Positions 39,101 through 46,020 of a stretch of 56,257 bases of DNA are shown in pieces. The notes beneath the pieces are model-generated. The model saw only the letters and a list, made by a program, of their open reading frames with translations. It was not told the origin of the DNA and made no database searches. Made by a program: the position numbers and the translations under genes. Source of the DNA: a virus. Taxonomy: Duplodnaviria > Caudoviricetes. Within the stretch, counting starts at the first letter, position 1, and each line of letters starts with the position of its first letter. The DNA lies in the IMG/VR virus record IMGVR_UViG_3300027754_002235, positions 1-56,257 of that record; one strand, 5' to 3'.

Positions 39101-42085
39101 TATTTCAATTACGGTATCCACTAGTGGATTAGGTACAGTAAATGTTACTATTGTTTGTGTGTCCGTTATTACTACTGTGTAATCACTTGAATATTCTATT
39201 TTATTATTTACAAAGAGTTGTATAGTAGGCCAAACACTATCTGTATCGGCTAGTTTAGCAATATCACATGTGAACGTTGAAGTAGGATTTGCGGCATAAT
39301 AGTCAAATTCAAATATTTGATATTGTACACTAGGGCCAATTGCGGTTTGCCAACCCAATTGTCTTATTGAAGTTGTCAAATCACTATAATTATAAACATA
39401 TCCTGTATTAACTTTTTGTGTAACAGGAGTAGTTCCACTTACATAGTTAAATGATGCTGAGTTTAATGATACGTCAAAACTGATATCACCTATATTATCA
39501 ACCGAGCTATATGTTAATGGGAATCCTAACACAGGGTCATCTAACCCTGATCCTAAACCATATGCAAATAATTTATTACCAGCAAATGATGTACCAACAT
39601 ATACTGTAGGATCACCAAAACTAATTTCGTTACTATCAAATATATCAAATAAAGGTGGTTGATTTACTGTGGTTTTTTGTTGACCTTCTATCCATTCTAT
39701 TCCATCAAAGTAAAAATCCATTCCTTGATAATTATACCCCCTAAAGGCAACAGTTTGTTCATTTGCTAAAACAAGACCATCCTCAGCTTGTGATAATGTA
39801 ATTACAGGAGCATCACCTAATACTAATGTAGAAAATCTAACTACATATATTTTATTTCTAATATTTAAATTAGTGTCGGCAGCAAATACAATTCGTGCAC
39901 CATCAAATAAAGAATAACTATCGTTTTGTATATCGTTAGCTATTAATGAGGAGTTGGCGCCGGCTACTACCGTGTATGCACTAGACCAAGATACTGTTAA
40001 TGTTAATGTAGTTGTACCGGATATGCCAGTAATTTGACTATTTCTTGGTAATCGATTAGTACTATCATTTATATATTGACCAACTTGGAATGCTCCGGTA
40101 ACATATTCTGCATTAATTTGAACATTAGTAGACACCTTTATTCCTGCTCCACTACCTGTTCCAACTACTACACATATAACAATATCATTAAGACTATATG
40201 TTATACCCGTAGTACCAGCGACGGTGTTCCAATTGGTACTACCTACTGTGCTTATTGTATAAGATTGTCCTACTACGAAAGAGGTAGCATTTACAGGTGT
40301 TACTGCGACTGAAGCTATAGTGGCATTATATCCCGTATATACTTCTACGTCAGGATAATAATTTTCTTGCCCGGCTACTTGATTTGCGGCGTCTGTTGTT
40401 CTGAAATCAATAAAGTCAATTGGTGGTTTACCAACAACACCTGAATCAAACAAACGTAAATTAGGGTAAAATTCAATAATAGGGCGTTTAGCTTTATTAG
40501 TTGGAGTAGCGTAAAGACTAACTAAAGCCGGATTACTATTATATGTAGCGGTAGCGTTTATTACATCAATATGAAACCATCGGTTACTACGTGACCATGC
40601 ATTTCTATCAATACTATTTCTAGTAATAGTAATGTAATCTTGTAATACAGGGATATACAAATTAACATCATAATTGCCAATATCATATGGAGTGGTATCA
40701 TATGGAATATAAGTACCTTGAGTAAATGGTTCCGGAGCTATTAGGTCTGTTACCGGAATTAATTGTATTGCTGTTCCTACTCCCTCAACATAAAATCTAA
40801 TATTTTCATAACTAGCAGGATATATTTGCCCTAAAAATATTACCTTTAAACCATTGGTAAATACCACACCATTTGAAGATGTGTAATTTGCTTGACCTAT
40901 AACATCAGTAAGTACATCAATACGATTAGTGCTATTACTAGATATTAATCTAATTTGACCTACTTTATTAGTTGAGGTGCCGTCTTGATAATACAATGTA
41001 TCAAGCAATGAACTTAAGTAAGGTATTAATGTGATTACATCACCTGTAGTTCTATAAAATGTTTTACCAATATACTCTGTACCAAAATTAGCAGTAATGT
41101 TTTCTTCAATAGGAATAGTATCGCCTACAACTAATGTTATTGTGGGGTCTACCGGGTCTCCGGTATATGTAATTGTATAAAATGTTGTTTCATCCTCATC
41201 ATTATAAAACATTAAAGTAAGACCATCTATTGAGGTAAGACCATCTATTCCGTTTGCCAAACTACTAAGTAACTCTCCTTCAACATCAGCATATAATAAA
41301 GTAGTTACTAAATCAACACGATTGTTGCCAGGAAATTGATATTCATCTTGTGCATTTTTTAATGGAACTGTAAATGTTACTACTCCAACTTCTGCACCAT
41401 TATTGTCAACACCCAATATATCACGTGTTTGTACATTGGGCTGATTGGGGTCATAACCAGTAACACCTGGCATGCCTTGAATCCAAAATTCACTATCTTG
41501 ATTGACATTAAAAGAGTATGTACCACCACGTAATAATGTAAGTGTTGGGTTGGTAGAACCCTGTGTTTGTCCAACAGCAGTTACTAAATAACCATTTGGA
41601 TTACTTGTAACAATATAATCAGTAGCGTTGTAAACTGTTTCTGTACTTACTGTTACTGCTTCCGGACCTTCAGGAATCCAATAATATTGATTAAAGTTAA
41701 TAATCTTATCTAGGTTAGTAAAACTATCCCATGAATAAAATTGGCCGGTAAACAATCTGTTGTTATCACCTATCAATGCACCTTCTAATTCTAATCCATC
41801 AATAATACCCGGATAACTAATAAAATCTTGTGCAGTACTTGTATCTTTTTTTAGAAATACTACGCCTGGATCAAGTTGGTAATCTGTTCTAGTTTTTGTA
41901 GGTTCTGTTACGTAATAATTTTTAGCATTAACACCATATCCAAATCTACTACCAATATAACCCTGAATTCGTTTAGTATTTGGTTGGTCTACTATTTGAT
42001 CTAGCGTTGCATTTAAAAATTGACTATTAGTAGTTGTTTTAAATATTTCTGGTAGAAAATTTAATGTTCTAATTCTTGTTGCCAT
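24188..42085 (-). CDS. Giant (5,965 aa) baseplate wedge/fibre-like structural protein
   Basis: Single 17.9 kb ORF directly after gp6; FG-GAP-like propeller motifs, Asp-box SxDGxTW repeats, about 11 copies of an FxGxxFGG...YYV...FTIS module, VKPYH motif. Confidence 0.75.
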   Translation of the reverse strand: MATRIRTLNFLPEIFKTTTNSQFLNATLDQIVDQPNTKRIQGYIGSRFGYGVNAKNYYVTEPTKTRTDYQLDPGVVFLKKDTSTAQDFISYPGIIDGLELEGALIGDNNRLFTGQFYSWDSFTNLDKIINFNQYYWIPEGPEAVTVSTETVYNATDYIVTSNPNGYLVTAVGQTQGSTNPTLTLLRGGTYSFNVNQDSEFWIQGMPGVTGYDPNQPNVQTRDILGVDNNGAEVGVVTFTVPLKNAQDEYQFPGNNRVDLVTTLLYADVEGELLSSLANGIDGLTSIDGLTLMFYNDEDETTFYTITYTGDPVDPTITLVVGDTIPIEENITANFGTEYIGKTFYRTTGDVITLIPYLSSLLDTLYYQDGTSTNKVGQIRLISSNSTNRIDVLTDVIGQANYTSSNGVVFTNGLKVIFLGQIYPASYENIRFYVEGVGTAIQLIPVTDLIAPEPFTQGTYIPYDTTPYDIGNYDVNLYIPVLQDYITITRNSIDRNAWSRSNRWFHIDVINATATYNSNPALVSLYATPTNKAKRPIIEFYPNLRLFDSGVVGKPPIDFIDFRTTDAANQVAGQENYYPDVEVYTGYNATIASVAVTPVNATSFVVGQSYTISTVGSTNWNTVAGTTGITYSLNDIVICVVVGTGSGAGIKVSTNVQINAEYVTGAFQVGQYINDSTNRLPRNSQITGISGTTTLTLTVSWSSAYTVVAGANSSLIANDIQNDSYSLFDGARIVFAADTNLNIRNKIYVVRFSTLVLGDAPVITLSQAEDGLVLANEQTVAFRGYNYQGMDFYFDGIEWIEGQQKTTVNQPPLFDIFDSNEISFGDPTVYVGTSFAGNKLFAYGLGSGLDDPVLGFPLTYSSVDNIGDISFDVSLNSASFNYVSGTTPVTQKVNTGYVYNYSDLTTSIRQLGWQTAIGPSVQYQIFEFDYYAANPTSTFTCDIAKLADTDSVWPTIQLFVNNKIEYSSDYTVVITDTQTIVTFTVPNPLVDTVIEILLLSDQVSETAYYEIPVNLNNNPLNEDIIGVNIGDIRGQYQSSFYNNLNTTGDVFGANNYRDLGNMVPYGNKIIQNSASLVLPGAFLRKQNHNLFNALMYNSKEYITFKTLLVDTINTTDFTQRLSPSTMLDNALDTITNAKTDSNSFFWSDMLPSKAAYITNTYSFANALDVSIYPLSKIYNFATANYNGVLVYITNTMGIITQLISGVDYTISSDSPSLTVTLDLAPGDQITVKEYNQTYGSYIPNTPTKLGLYPSTIPSVILDTAYNPPTYFIVGHDGSYNKLYGEYIDGVLIDFRDQVLLEFEKRIYNNLKLSNVIPIQEYEVLPGFFRDTDYSYDEILQIYTTSFLDWVGQNRINYKTQFYSANNEFTYNYNQSGNKINREVIPQGYWRGIYEYFYDTSNPDTMPWEMLGFTGQPTWWETRYGPAPYTSDNLVLWNDLAQGIDWNNGNPVVIPTAVRPQLLQVLPVDSQGNLVSPFVSIVGNYSNTSFNRNWIVGDVGPAEFSYRRSSSWPFDLMRILALTKPAEFFNLGVDIDNYKYNVEFDQYLVNDRTHLVISDVEIYGNGTAKTSYINWIVDFEKQVGIDATTNITDLLFNIDVRLVYRLAGFSDKNLLKFYVEKSTANSNNSSLLIPDESYQVLLYDNQPFDKIIYSGMIIQLTSTGYKVYGNSQTTAYFKILTPKINGNYERVSVQGLSVQLAKNYYDTTEVVAYGTEFITVQQVSQFLEGYGRYLASQGVLFEQIESGLTVSWRQMVAEYLYWAQSGWEPGSIVNINPAANLISINKDSYIVQPLTLQRQNFVLNQNLYPIQNTDLSIVRDGTLFTAQPLNSGDTVAYGQFSISNFEHGIVFDNVTLFNDVIYNLITGLRQNRISVRGVKTAEWNGTIDAQGFILNQDNILVWDKTVKYTTGSIVKYKNKYWIALAIIQAKEIFEEREWKQTDYNEIQKGLLPNTSTRSYESTIYYDVNRPNLENDADLLSFSLIGYRPRDYLALADLTDITQINVYKNFIKNKGTLNAVNVFKGANLPQGGIDYDIYENWAIKSGEFGGVLNSNFIDFKLNQNLLTGNPSIVGLTNGIATDGVQQEVPLYSLYNYGRPVNSTDVLPLLPTDTPSTLFPYAGYANFNDMRIAAYYYYNLATSTSPSGLFTPLSELYVGQYVWLADYQGTWQVMTPVSLGSVIFVQNNLNGTATITFINPHGLIKYQPFAIVNFNNSLNGYYIVNAIINLNSILVNVVLDSAITSITGQGIGFKFQSQRVANPSDIIDLPLLNTEFVKTKVWVDTNNDGDWAVYRKSLNYAYDSELVKDGSETFGSAVAYTDTLGYLIGDADAGFAYRYSFNVLFDRYDLMQTLTGTASFGTTIAYANDIFVISQPTGTPEVYVYQLVVNTTVDELQSLQSAITAPGGVTEWGSAVAISGDTNWLYISAVTSSASLVYVYRYSIVTEEYELSNTIDLSLSDDDNFGYSLATDYYGATVVIGTPDQNYNGSTENWGYTYVYDRTVQNFESQFTSLPDVPQTFTLAWTPSTTTVTVTATNSSTDRLTCADSSSLIVNNPIVFTGTAFGGVSLDTVYYVLAKPTGTTFTISADRGGPITPLDTASSTMSAVQQDTPLYITVNGTLIADSTYYNVGFTITIVQGLNAGDIINVSGNNFVLAQTLTTENTPRIGVQFGISVDTNTYATEILVGAPFELNSTNQEGAVYRYTSGGGKYGMIIGTTDCNITTTRKILINGYLVVLSAGDATTSSSAINQANITNVHSTAIDGKLIISLIDNALASANNKLNVTTLDNNTWAELGFNTYTQTQTINDPHGQGTTQFGNVVKFNEFSSFIVSAPTATRYQATTFDSTDDEDYDNDTLFDNNTTQWVDTYRNAGAVYMFDYLSVYNESLTNCGNFVYAQSTNDINETYGSQPMYGHAVEFNASHVVIGTPNFKPDTVAGQIVTYFNSTGTPDWSVYRSSSPVVDISRIQNILLYSAITNNTLDNLDYIDPLQGKILGSVRENIDVVSNVDPAGYNSIGLSEMVWGAAQVGQLWFNTSTTRFVNYHQDNIVYNSKWWGQIFPGSDVTVYSWITSNVPPISYTGPGTPFNIDAFAIEYTLNATGVLTPVYFYWVRNTNIIFTNQGKTLADSIIQSYIASPINSGISYFAPLEQDIYALYNCSDNINANDTVLHIGYSTGTNDDVSHSLYNLIRTNYANDFLPGLPTTNGLDIPLSLYDRMLDSLCGVDESGAVVPDPYLPKPVQYGIYARPRQSFFVSRLLALKNYLTYANEILAQYPISETRRSLFLYTEGVTNRSTDPVYNTDPDPDNPYYSVNPWTGPIIPFYSTTDYWYYINWWATGYDDNTKSALQVSIYADLATINATAGLIVTVAANGDGKSETYVYTNLNIWERIGLQDGTIEFSSDLWDYATARLGFGDNFFDTTPYDTYPSQETRSIVRALNEEIYTNELLIFRNKSLILLFEFIQSESIESQNYLPWLNKTSFIDVGHTIRELLPIEVFQSDNQDFLSGYINEVKPYHVVIKEFLFKYTGSELYAGNMTDFDLPAQYNIDVQQFITPELVYTNPSAINQYLPTDPIWQTALYSEWFNNYGLAITGVNDYQITVLASYVALNSSAMAVDNAYGFPINGTILIGDELIGYSNVDRSNNTLSGLTRGVNGTPISVHIPGQNITIDLPAVLMLNGGRGYINPPRVIAYIDTTIYPEPRRAAVFQAVMNLDSILRVDVIDSGDGYAVLPEIIIDPSLSITFTADNVDTLSNTITLPVPLLQTGDLIKYTIGVNTTAIGGLDVDQYYYVNVLESTPTFNVGLYTTYRNAINNVDRVVFFNTGSGDNNILNLSAKASCVSTSIPIRENQIALRFDRTTYNSQLIDWVSGQFYGSYYAGLYNNSVRISSSSITLESTQPNIDTILASAQGAVFEIEGVTNDQVLEWSSRTRNVVSTVSATDIITIQPSTGGAPDEGTVGPTTGFYVDMPIKFQGAVGASNIITNTTYYIKEILNDTEITIASSVGGGTFALGNATISSAGLLLYVGEVTNTAIVTLFYPGILNVTNTTGTINIITSPLTASNLGGTNGFYTNLPVFFTGTVFGGIIENERYYITTVVDDENFTISTSEDPLIINVTSTTASTDYITCEGTLGLSINDPIIFNNMSISGSSVSTFGNIVQGTTYYVSNVIDSTNFQISTIINGGTFALANATGTCTATDQKDTVQLTTVTGNMTCNVGLPISPGQVTGQQFTFYPTGSTTTYLGLTGTDGNLIQREIDNALATGNYLSITSASGGLNNIYNNMPITVPSNYSTLIGGTTYYIVENGFVQTDVTSTSAGNVLTCTSTSGFYDNMLITFTGTALGGTILDTAYYVIGASITGTQFKISLSPSGSEIDLTSDSGAIMTVTGQPYIKVSDTLGGSVYALTNASTNKIFTQEPTAVPEFDVSWILGGYRVTITDPGEGYTVTNTITIPGNLLGGTTPANNLVMTVNTIDTITANPDNEFLPLESDGTILSVICAGTPNDVVEQYYLKIISATECEVYSDALLQIPVTGIGFPYIAGDYALLPEPFYFNQSIVKYNNRVYQCIISNNDTEFIFGKWELLQSDSRKLNALDRIVGYYQPTINMPGLDLTQLVDGITYPNSTYMDNAFPPAEEYTLDTELQDQPFSPIEVDTTGIIFDGVTYFASANTPTYSDVIYKNNSTWISDKLSNQLLGLSDIGYFNGMYVMTSNNNATPIFVSDDGIVWTTSGLTTNSVSIASTSLNKVSYLNNIYVAVGDNIVSSIDAYNWVERYRVTNLVLYSVSGITINNFIGFIAVGYGPDYSVIPTVTKSVVLRSLDGVTWSDVTPSGSTESIYGVTSGNNIIIIVGDNGTIFTSTNGSNWVNVSSGSDNLTNIIYADDLGLFVAIGELGVILTSSDDGVTWTSQSSGTSVNLNDIIWNSTDSLFTIVGDNNVVLQSDDGVTWINTGLFITSPTVYDVQGDAFTAGYGPEELVPGVVTDNLTMIVTTRPGTNWDVETYQHVGYNVVSTQITPTLGQLTFDFFGLVQIPAQLSVFQVDGSTGLATRLYDDSFTTDWIAKTISLNTALSGNDSLMIEVYEVGNGDQLEKSNSQSDPIRINDTTGFDEIYLNCNYSATRTAGSGVIRPGSEPINVIASETDSVNDTILCDTVIDLTLNEQIVFQGGVFGGIVVGTNYYIKTISTVTNKITISDTTIGGVAGPTFQLTTDTGSMDIIIQTGSGTTWSDPIVYHNGNRLVLGNSTRITETESTNDSVTCNSTEGMVVNQPIIFSDTMFGGVIAPQTTYYIKSIIDSNQFTISATSVSGVPGPTLALTNASGGAISITNDYTFGIAPNGIAAIIIFTAQYDDTVDYLTYTVFGETYPAQYGYTIPELQLIEGDGTVGPFTLTNYVSGDNPLNAIVEIDGVRIIDTEYTIDDVTNTLTFTTLTPSSSETIAVTSYNLTERQDFNTQYDITGATVSNIVNINNQITLPITSVYVTATTTGTNLLTCSDSSGFIVDQTIIFQGTSFGNVLTDGTMYYVKSVTFPYDGTFTISSTLGGTTFTLTTDTGVIIAYVGGQPAVRVTTGSPHGLASPTASDELIRIDGTLGSIQLNNNTYYVHVINDTQVDLYNSPYLSEIGDVNDPVTSISSYISGGYLWIDETFVVDSDWEQSNVDRLWVTINGYRVPALSLYLNANNNLSILVTIVSSDEIIITSMISSATPNELVYLQNVNKNSTESVYRANTNTKTWLVEPLFYTDLTLYINDSTRVTDTIIQNVIAPAEVNDIISIGLTADKNIISSVIVYNNTTSSYVDATNYDIVVIDLSPILEIYNDVTVGDSLTITTLEGNLLYINGEQIKYTTVNPILQAGTFKVGRNYVIQSVGTTDFTAIGASSNTPELEFTATGIGSGTGIAVALNAISGLQRGTNGTGELAYIPEYSEVFGILSSNLLPSVNYNLTWNSNVYDVTDGDPLQISETVAAYFLNTDVS

Positions 42086-42108
42086 TATTTCTCTCTATGA
42101 TTATATAT

Positions 42109-42116
42109 TACTTATC
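42109..42116 (-). promoter_or_regulatory. Late promoter variant GATAAGTA
   Basis: Overlaps the gp6 stop codon, 23 nt upstream of ATG 42085. Confidence 0.45.
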
Positions 42117-45100
42117 TTATCTGTAACTGTGCTGGTGTAAGTGCCGCAATCACAAGAACATCATTTGCTGTTGCGCTATTGGCAAATATTTCGTATGGTG
42201 CTGATTTAATTTCATATAAATCTCCAAAACTCATTGTAGGATCATTTGGAACTAATACTGCGGAGCTAATCAAATCACCCAATTGAGCATGTAAATATGC
42301 ACTCAATTCACTGAAGTAAAAGGTGTCTCCAAAATTCCAATTGTTAATATCAAAATATGTATTCATTGATGAAAGAACCGCACTACGTATTTCACTATCA
42401 CTTGCATTTGTATTACTTGCTTTAATAACTTTAACGGTTGCTCTTAGTTGTGCAGGTGCTTTAGGTCCAAATAATGGTACAAATATTACGCTATTTAAAA
42501 TTACACTATCACTTAACATCTTATAATCATTCAATGATCCATATGATTGTGTTAATTCATTAATTGTAGGTTTGTCCGGTATTGGTACCGTATTAGTAAT
42601 ATCTTGTAACCAATTTTGATAAGCAGTATAATAAGCCTGTGTTACTACATACAAATCAATAATGTTTGTAGTTGCTGGATCAATACGAGTTGTATTATTA
42701 CTATTATGACGATATTGGAATTGTAATCCTTGACGCCCTGGTTTCATACTATATTGTGGCTGGGCAGTTACAACATAAAAGGGAGTAGTAACTGTTTGGT
42801 TTTGTATTGTTATGTAAAACAAATTATCAATATATGCGTAAAACAATTGACCTTCTGGATATTCGTACTTAACTACTTCAATTTGTGTTTTAGTTGAATA
42901 TATATACACCACATCACTTGATGCTATTAATTGATAACGTGAAAGATTGACCGCATCTTGTAACAATACAAAGAAGGTATATATGCCAATATTAGTATTA
43001 CCATTAACATAACCAGTTACTTCTGTGAAGAAATCTGGATTACTTATAATAGTTCTGTCATTAACATCTATACTTGCTACTTCTACTTCAAAGTCATTTA
43101 CATATCCGTCACTTTCAACTGTTTGTCCTATTATACTTGAAGTAACAGGTGTAGCTAATGGATAGTTACTACTAGGTTGTGTATTAGTTGCTAATACTTT
43201 AACAAAGTCTTGCAATATTTTTCCACTAAGTGGATCATATACTAATTTACCATTTTCAAATGTAAAACGAGTATCAGCCACACTACCAAAATAATATCTT
43301 AATGAACGATATGTTATACTATAACGATTATTCCCCAAACTTAGTATGTTAACAAAATAATTACTAGCATCATATGTACCAATACTCCAACGATCTTGAG
43401 CAATAGTTAAACTGTTATCAAATATTAAACTAAAGCTTTGATTAAGTTCCATTCTAACGATACATTCTTGTATTACTATATTAGGTAATGAGTTATCAAA
43501 TGCAGGTAATATAGTAGATACGATTGCACCTTGAGGTACATAACCATTTAATGTTATTGGACCTAATCCATTACTAAATGCACCCTCACCATTATTGTAT
43601 CCATCACCTACTACATTTAATACAGTAGTCCATATATAAGTTTTATTTGATGGGCTAGCAATGCCAGCTATTAAACGATTTGTGTCACTAAAATAATATC
43701 CACTTGGTGCAGTAAATTTCATCATTGCACCTTTAGTAGTATATTTCATATTATATGTAGAATATGTTCCTACTGGGATAGGGGTGTCTGCACTACCATT
43801 AACGTTAAAGAAATACCCAGTTAAACTATTAGCATCAACTGTTTGTTCTTGCCAATATACAGTGCCATCACCTGATGTGGTGTTAACAGAGTACCGTGTG
43901 TAATTTTGAATGTAATATTGCCTAGCACGGTTATCTGCTAATAAGGCAGCTAATGTATCTGTTAAGAATGTAATAATATCACCGGAGGTATTGATGGTTA
44001 ATAATACATTACCATCGGTATCACTTTGGTACATACCACCGTCAGAGGCAAATGAATTCGTGCTGGAGTATTTTCCGGTTGGATCTAGCAGGTCTAAGTT
44101 TTTTGATACACCAACAGAACTACGGTTAATAGCTTTGCTTTTAATAATAGAACTGTATAATGTATATGGGAAATTGTTGTAATCTTCACCATTAACCATT
44201 CTATTCTGTGTGTAGTAGCGGGTAGGGGCACGTTGTTTAATATTTGCTAATGTTTCTCTTGACTGTGCGTTTGACACTGGTGTCTGTAATTCTAATCCTA
44301 ATGTAAGTGTTTCTGTTCGTCCTACCCTACTAATATAACTTATTGTAACTGATAGATTTTGCATCTCAGTTGGATTAATAGTATATGTCAATGCATTACC
44401 TGCACGTACATATGCTCTAAATGTTCCTACTGGGATCTCGGAAAATACTCCATCACCAAAAACGTAACTAACTTGGTCGTTAAATCTAGAACTAACTGAG
44501 AATATTCTGCGAACACTATTTTCAGTCTGTAAATAAGCATCAGCATAAACATTCTCTACTTGATTCCATAAAGTTCTATTAACGGCTGAACTGTTATCTG
44601 TACTTAACTGATACAACCAAGTATCTGTATTGTTAATACCCTGAATGTCAATATCAACTATTTGATTACTAATCTGTTGTGCTAAATTAAAATCAAAATT
44701 CTGTAATGAACCTTGTTTAAAGTAAAAGAAGAATCCTGTATTTGGACTACCGTATCCCAACTTGTCATTACGATAAGCCATATTCATTCTGCCACTTGGG
44801 GCAGGTGGAATTTCATATACATAATCTTCATCTAAAGTAGTTGAACTAACTAATTCAAAATTCATAGTTTGATTATCTACTACTGCAGTAAATGGTACTA
44901 TTGGTAAAGTAGCAGAAGGAATATTAATAGCATACTCATCTGTTTTAATACCAGCTATTTGAGCACTATTACCTGGACGTCCAATACGTTGTGTATTAAT
45001 TAATGTGGAATTGATGATTGTATTATATTGTTCTAACCAGTTAACATTTGCAGGATCATTCCAAAGAACGGTTTGATTACTTAAATTGAATCCATTTAAA

Positions 45101-45492
45101 TCAGTGATGTTTTCACTTGTTTGAATACTTACTACTTTAATGTACCCTTGTCCAGCTAGGTTACGTTTAGGAGTATAGCTAACTAAATTTGCTAGTTTAA
45201 CAACACTATCTCTACGTTCGGCAGTATCAATAAAATTTTCACGTGCGTTTAAGTCGCTACGAAAGGCTAGGCCCTGACCCATAAACGCCATAACGTCCAT
45301 TAATGCTATGAATTCACTTGATTCAATGTAATCGTTAAAAGTTTCTGGGTAGTAAACACGAATATAATCTATGAAACTTTTACGTAGGGTTTCATAATCG
45401 TAACTACGAAAATCGGCTTCACGGAAGGTTTGATAAATTGCCTTCCAGTCATTAACGCCGAATAGTGCTGATTGTCGTGAACTTGTAGCCAT
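42112..45492 (-). CDS. gp6: Baseplate wedge subunit, T4 gp6-like
   Basis: YDYETLR...FNDYIESS...ARENFIDTAERRDSV.KLA.LVSY.PKR and ETLANIKQRAP..YYTQNRMVNGEDY motifs; next to gp25. Confidence 0.9.
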   Translation of the reverse strand: MATSSRQSALFGVNDWKAIYQTFREADFRSYDYETLRKSFIDYIRVYYPETFNDYIESSEFIALMDVMAFMGQGLAFRSDLNARENFIDTAERRDSVVKLANLVSYTPKRNLAGQGYIKVVSIQTSENITDLNGFNLSNQTVLWNDPANVNWLEQYNTIINSTLINTQRIGRPGNSAQIAGIKTDEYAINIPSATLPIVPFTAVVDNQTMNFELVSSTTLDEDYVYEIPPAPSGRMNMAYRNDKLGYGSPNTGFFFYFKQGSLQNFDFNLAQQISNQIVDIDIQGINNTDTWLYQLSTDNSSAVNRTLWNQVENVYADAYLQTENSVRRIFSVSSRFNDQVSYVFGDGVFSEIPVGTFRAYVRAGNALTYTINPTEMQNLSVTISYISRVGRTETLTLGLELQTPVSNAQSRETLANIKQRAPTRYYTQNRMVNGEDYNNFPYTLYSSIIKSKAINRSSVGVSKNLDLLDPTGKYSSTNSFASDGGMYQSDTDGNVLLTINTSGDIITFLTDTLAALLADNRARQYYIQNYTRYSVNTTSGDGTVYWQEQTVDANSLTGYFFNVNGSADTPIPVGTYSTYNMKYTTKGAMMKFTAPSGYYFSDTNRLIAGIASPSNKTYIWTTVLNVVGDGYNNGEGAFSNGLGPITLNGYVPQGAIVSTILPAFDNSLPNIVIQECIVRMELNQSFSLIFDNSLTIAQDRWSIGTYDASNYFVNILSLGNNRYSITYRSLRYYFGSVADTRFTFENGKLVYDPLSGKILQDFVKVLATNTQPSSNYPLATPVTSSIIGQTVESDGYVNDFEVEVASIDVNDRTIISNPDFFTEVTGYVNGNTNIGIYTFFVLLQDAVNLSRYQLIASSDVVYIYSTKTQIEVVKYEYPEGQLFYAYIDNLFYITIQNQTVTTPFYVVTAQPQYSMKPGRQGLQFQYRHNSNNTTRIDPATTNIIDLYVVTQAYYTAYQNWLQDITNTVPIPDKPTINELTQSYGSLNDYKMLSDSVILNSVIFVPLFGPKAPAQLRATVKVIKASNTNASDSEIRSAVLSSMNTYFDINNWNFGDTFYFSELSAYLHAQLGDLISSAVLVPNDPTMSFGDLYEIKSAPYEIFANSATANDVLVIAALTPAQLQIR

Positions 45493-45537
45493 AGTGGTAT
45501 TCTCTTTTAAGTATTTATCTTAAATGAAAACTACACT
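45493..45537 (-). promoter_or_regulatory. Late promoter GATAAATA in a hairpin loop
   Basis: Minus strand TTTAAG-[ATAAATA]-CTTAAA perfect 6-bp stem, imperfectly extendable over AGAGAA up to the gp6 ATG. Confidence 0.6.
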
Positions 45538-45546
45538 TTTGGAAGA

Positions 45547-45996
45547 TTATTGAATTACTGCTGTGCTAGTGCTATTATTGAAGAAAACACTAAGCATTTG
45601 TGCATCATTAAAGGGTGTTACTGCTAATTCTACTTCAATTAATATACCGTTTTCTTGAGGATATGCGCTAACAGTATTAACTATCATTCTTGGGTCTTGA
45701 TTAGCAACTCGTCTGATTTCTGTCTCTAATTTATTCTGTACATCAAACGTGTTTGGCTCAAACACAAAACTCCAAAGAGTAGTTCCGTATCCAGGATTTC
45801 CAACTTTTTGACCCTGTTGAATATTTAATGAATTAATAAAATCTTGTATAACTAATTGTTGGTCAACTAATCTATACTTTTTTCCAGGGATAACTGGTTG
45901 TACCATAGAACCTACACCACCTGCAATACCCGCTGGTAAATTAGTAGAGCGGGGCTTATTAGCATTAATTGTACTGAATCCAATGTATGATGGCAT
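45547..45996 (-). CDS. gp25: Baseplate wedge subunit, gp25-like
   Basis: QDFINSLNIQQGQKVGNPGYGTTLWSFVFEP...DPRM (GPW/gp25 pattern). Confidence 0.9.
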   Translation of the reverse strand: MPSYIGFSTINANKPRSTNLPAGIAGGVGSMVQPVIPGKKYRLVDQQLVIQDFINSLNIQQGQKVGNPGYGTTLWSFVFEPNTFDVQNKLETEIRRVANQDPRMIVNTVSAYPQENGILIEVELAVTPFNDAQMLSVFFNNSTSTAVIQ

Positions 45997-46012
45997 ATTT
46001 TATCCTATAATA

Positions 46013-46020
46013 TATTTATG
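46013..46020 (-). promoter_or_regulatory. Late promoter-like CATAAATA
   Basis: Overlaps the gp5 stop codon; followed by AGGA and ATG 45996. Confidence 0.55.
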
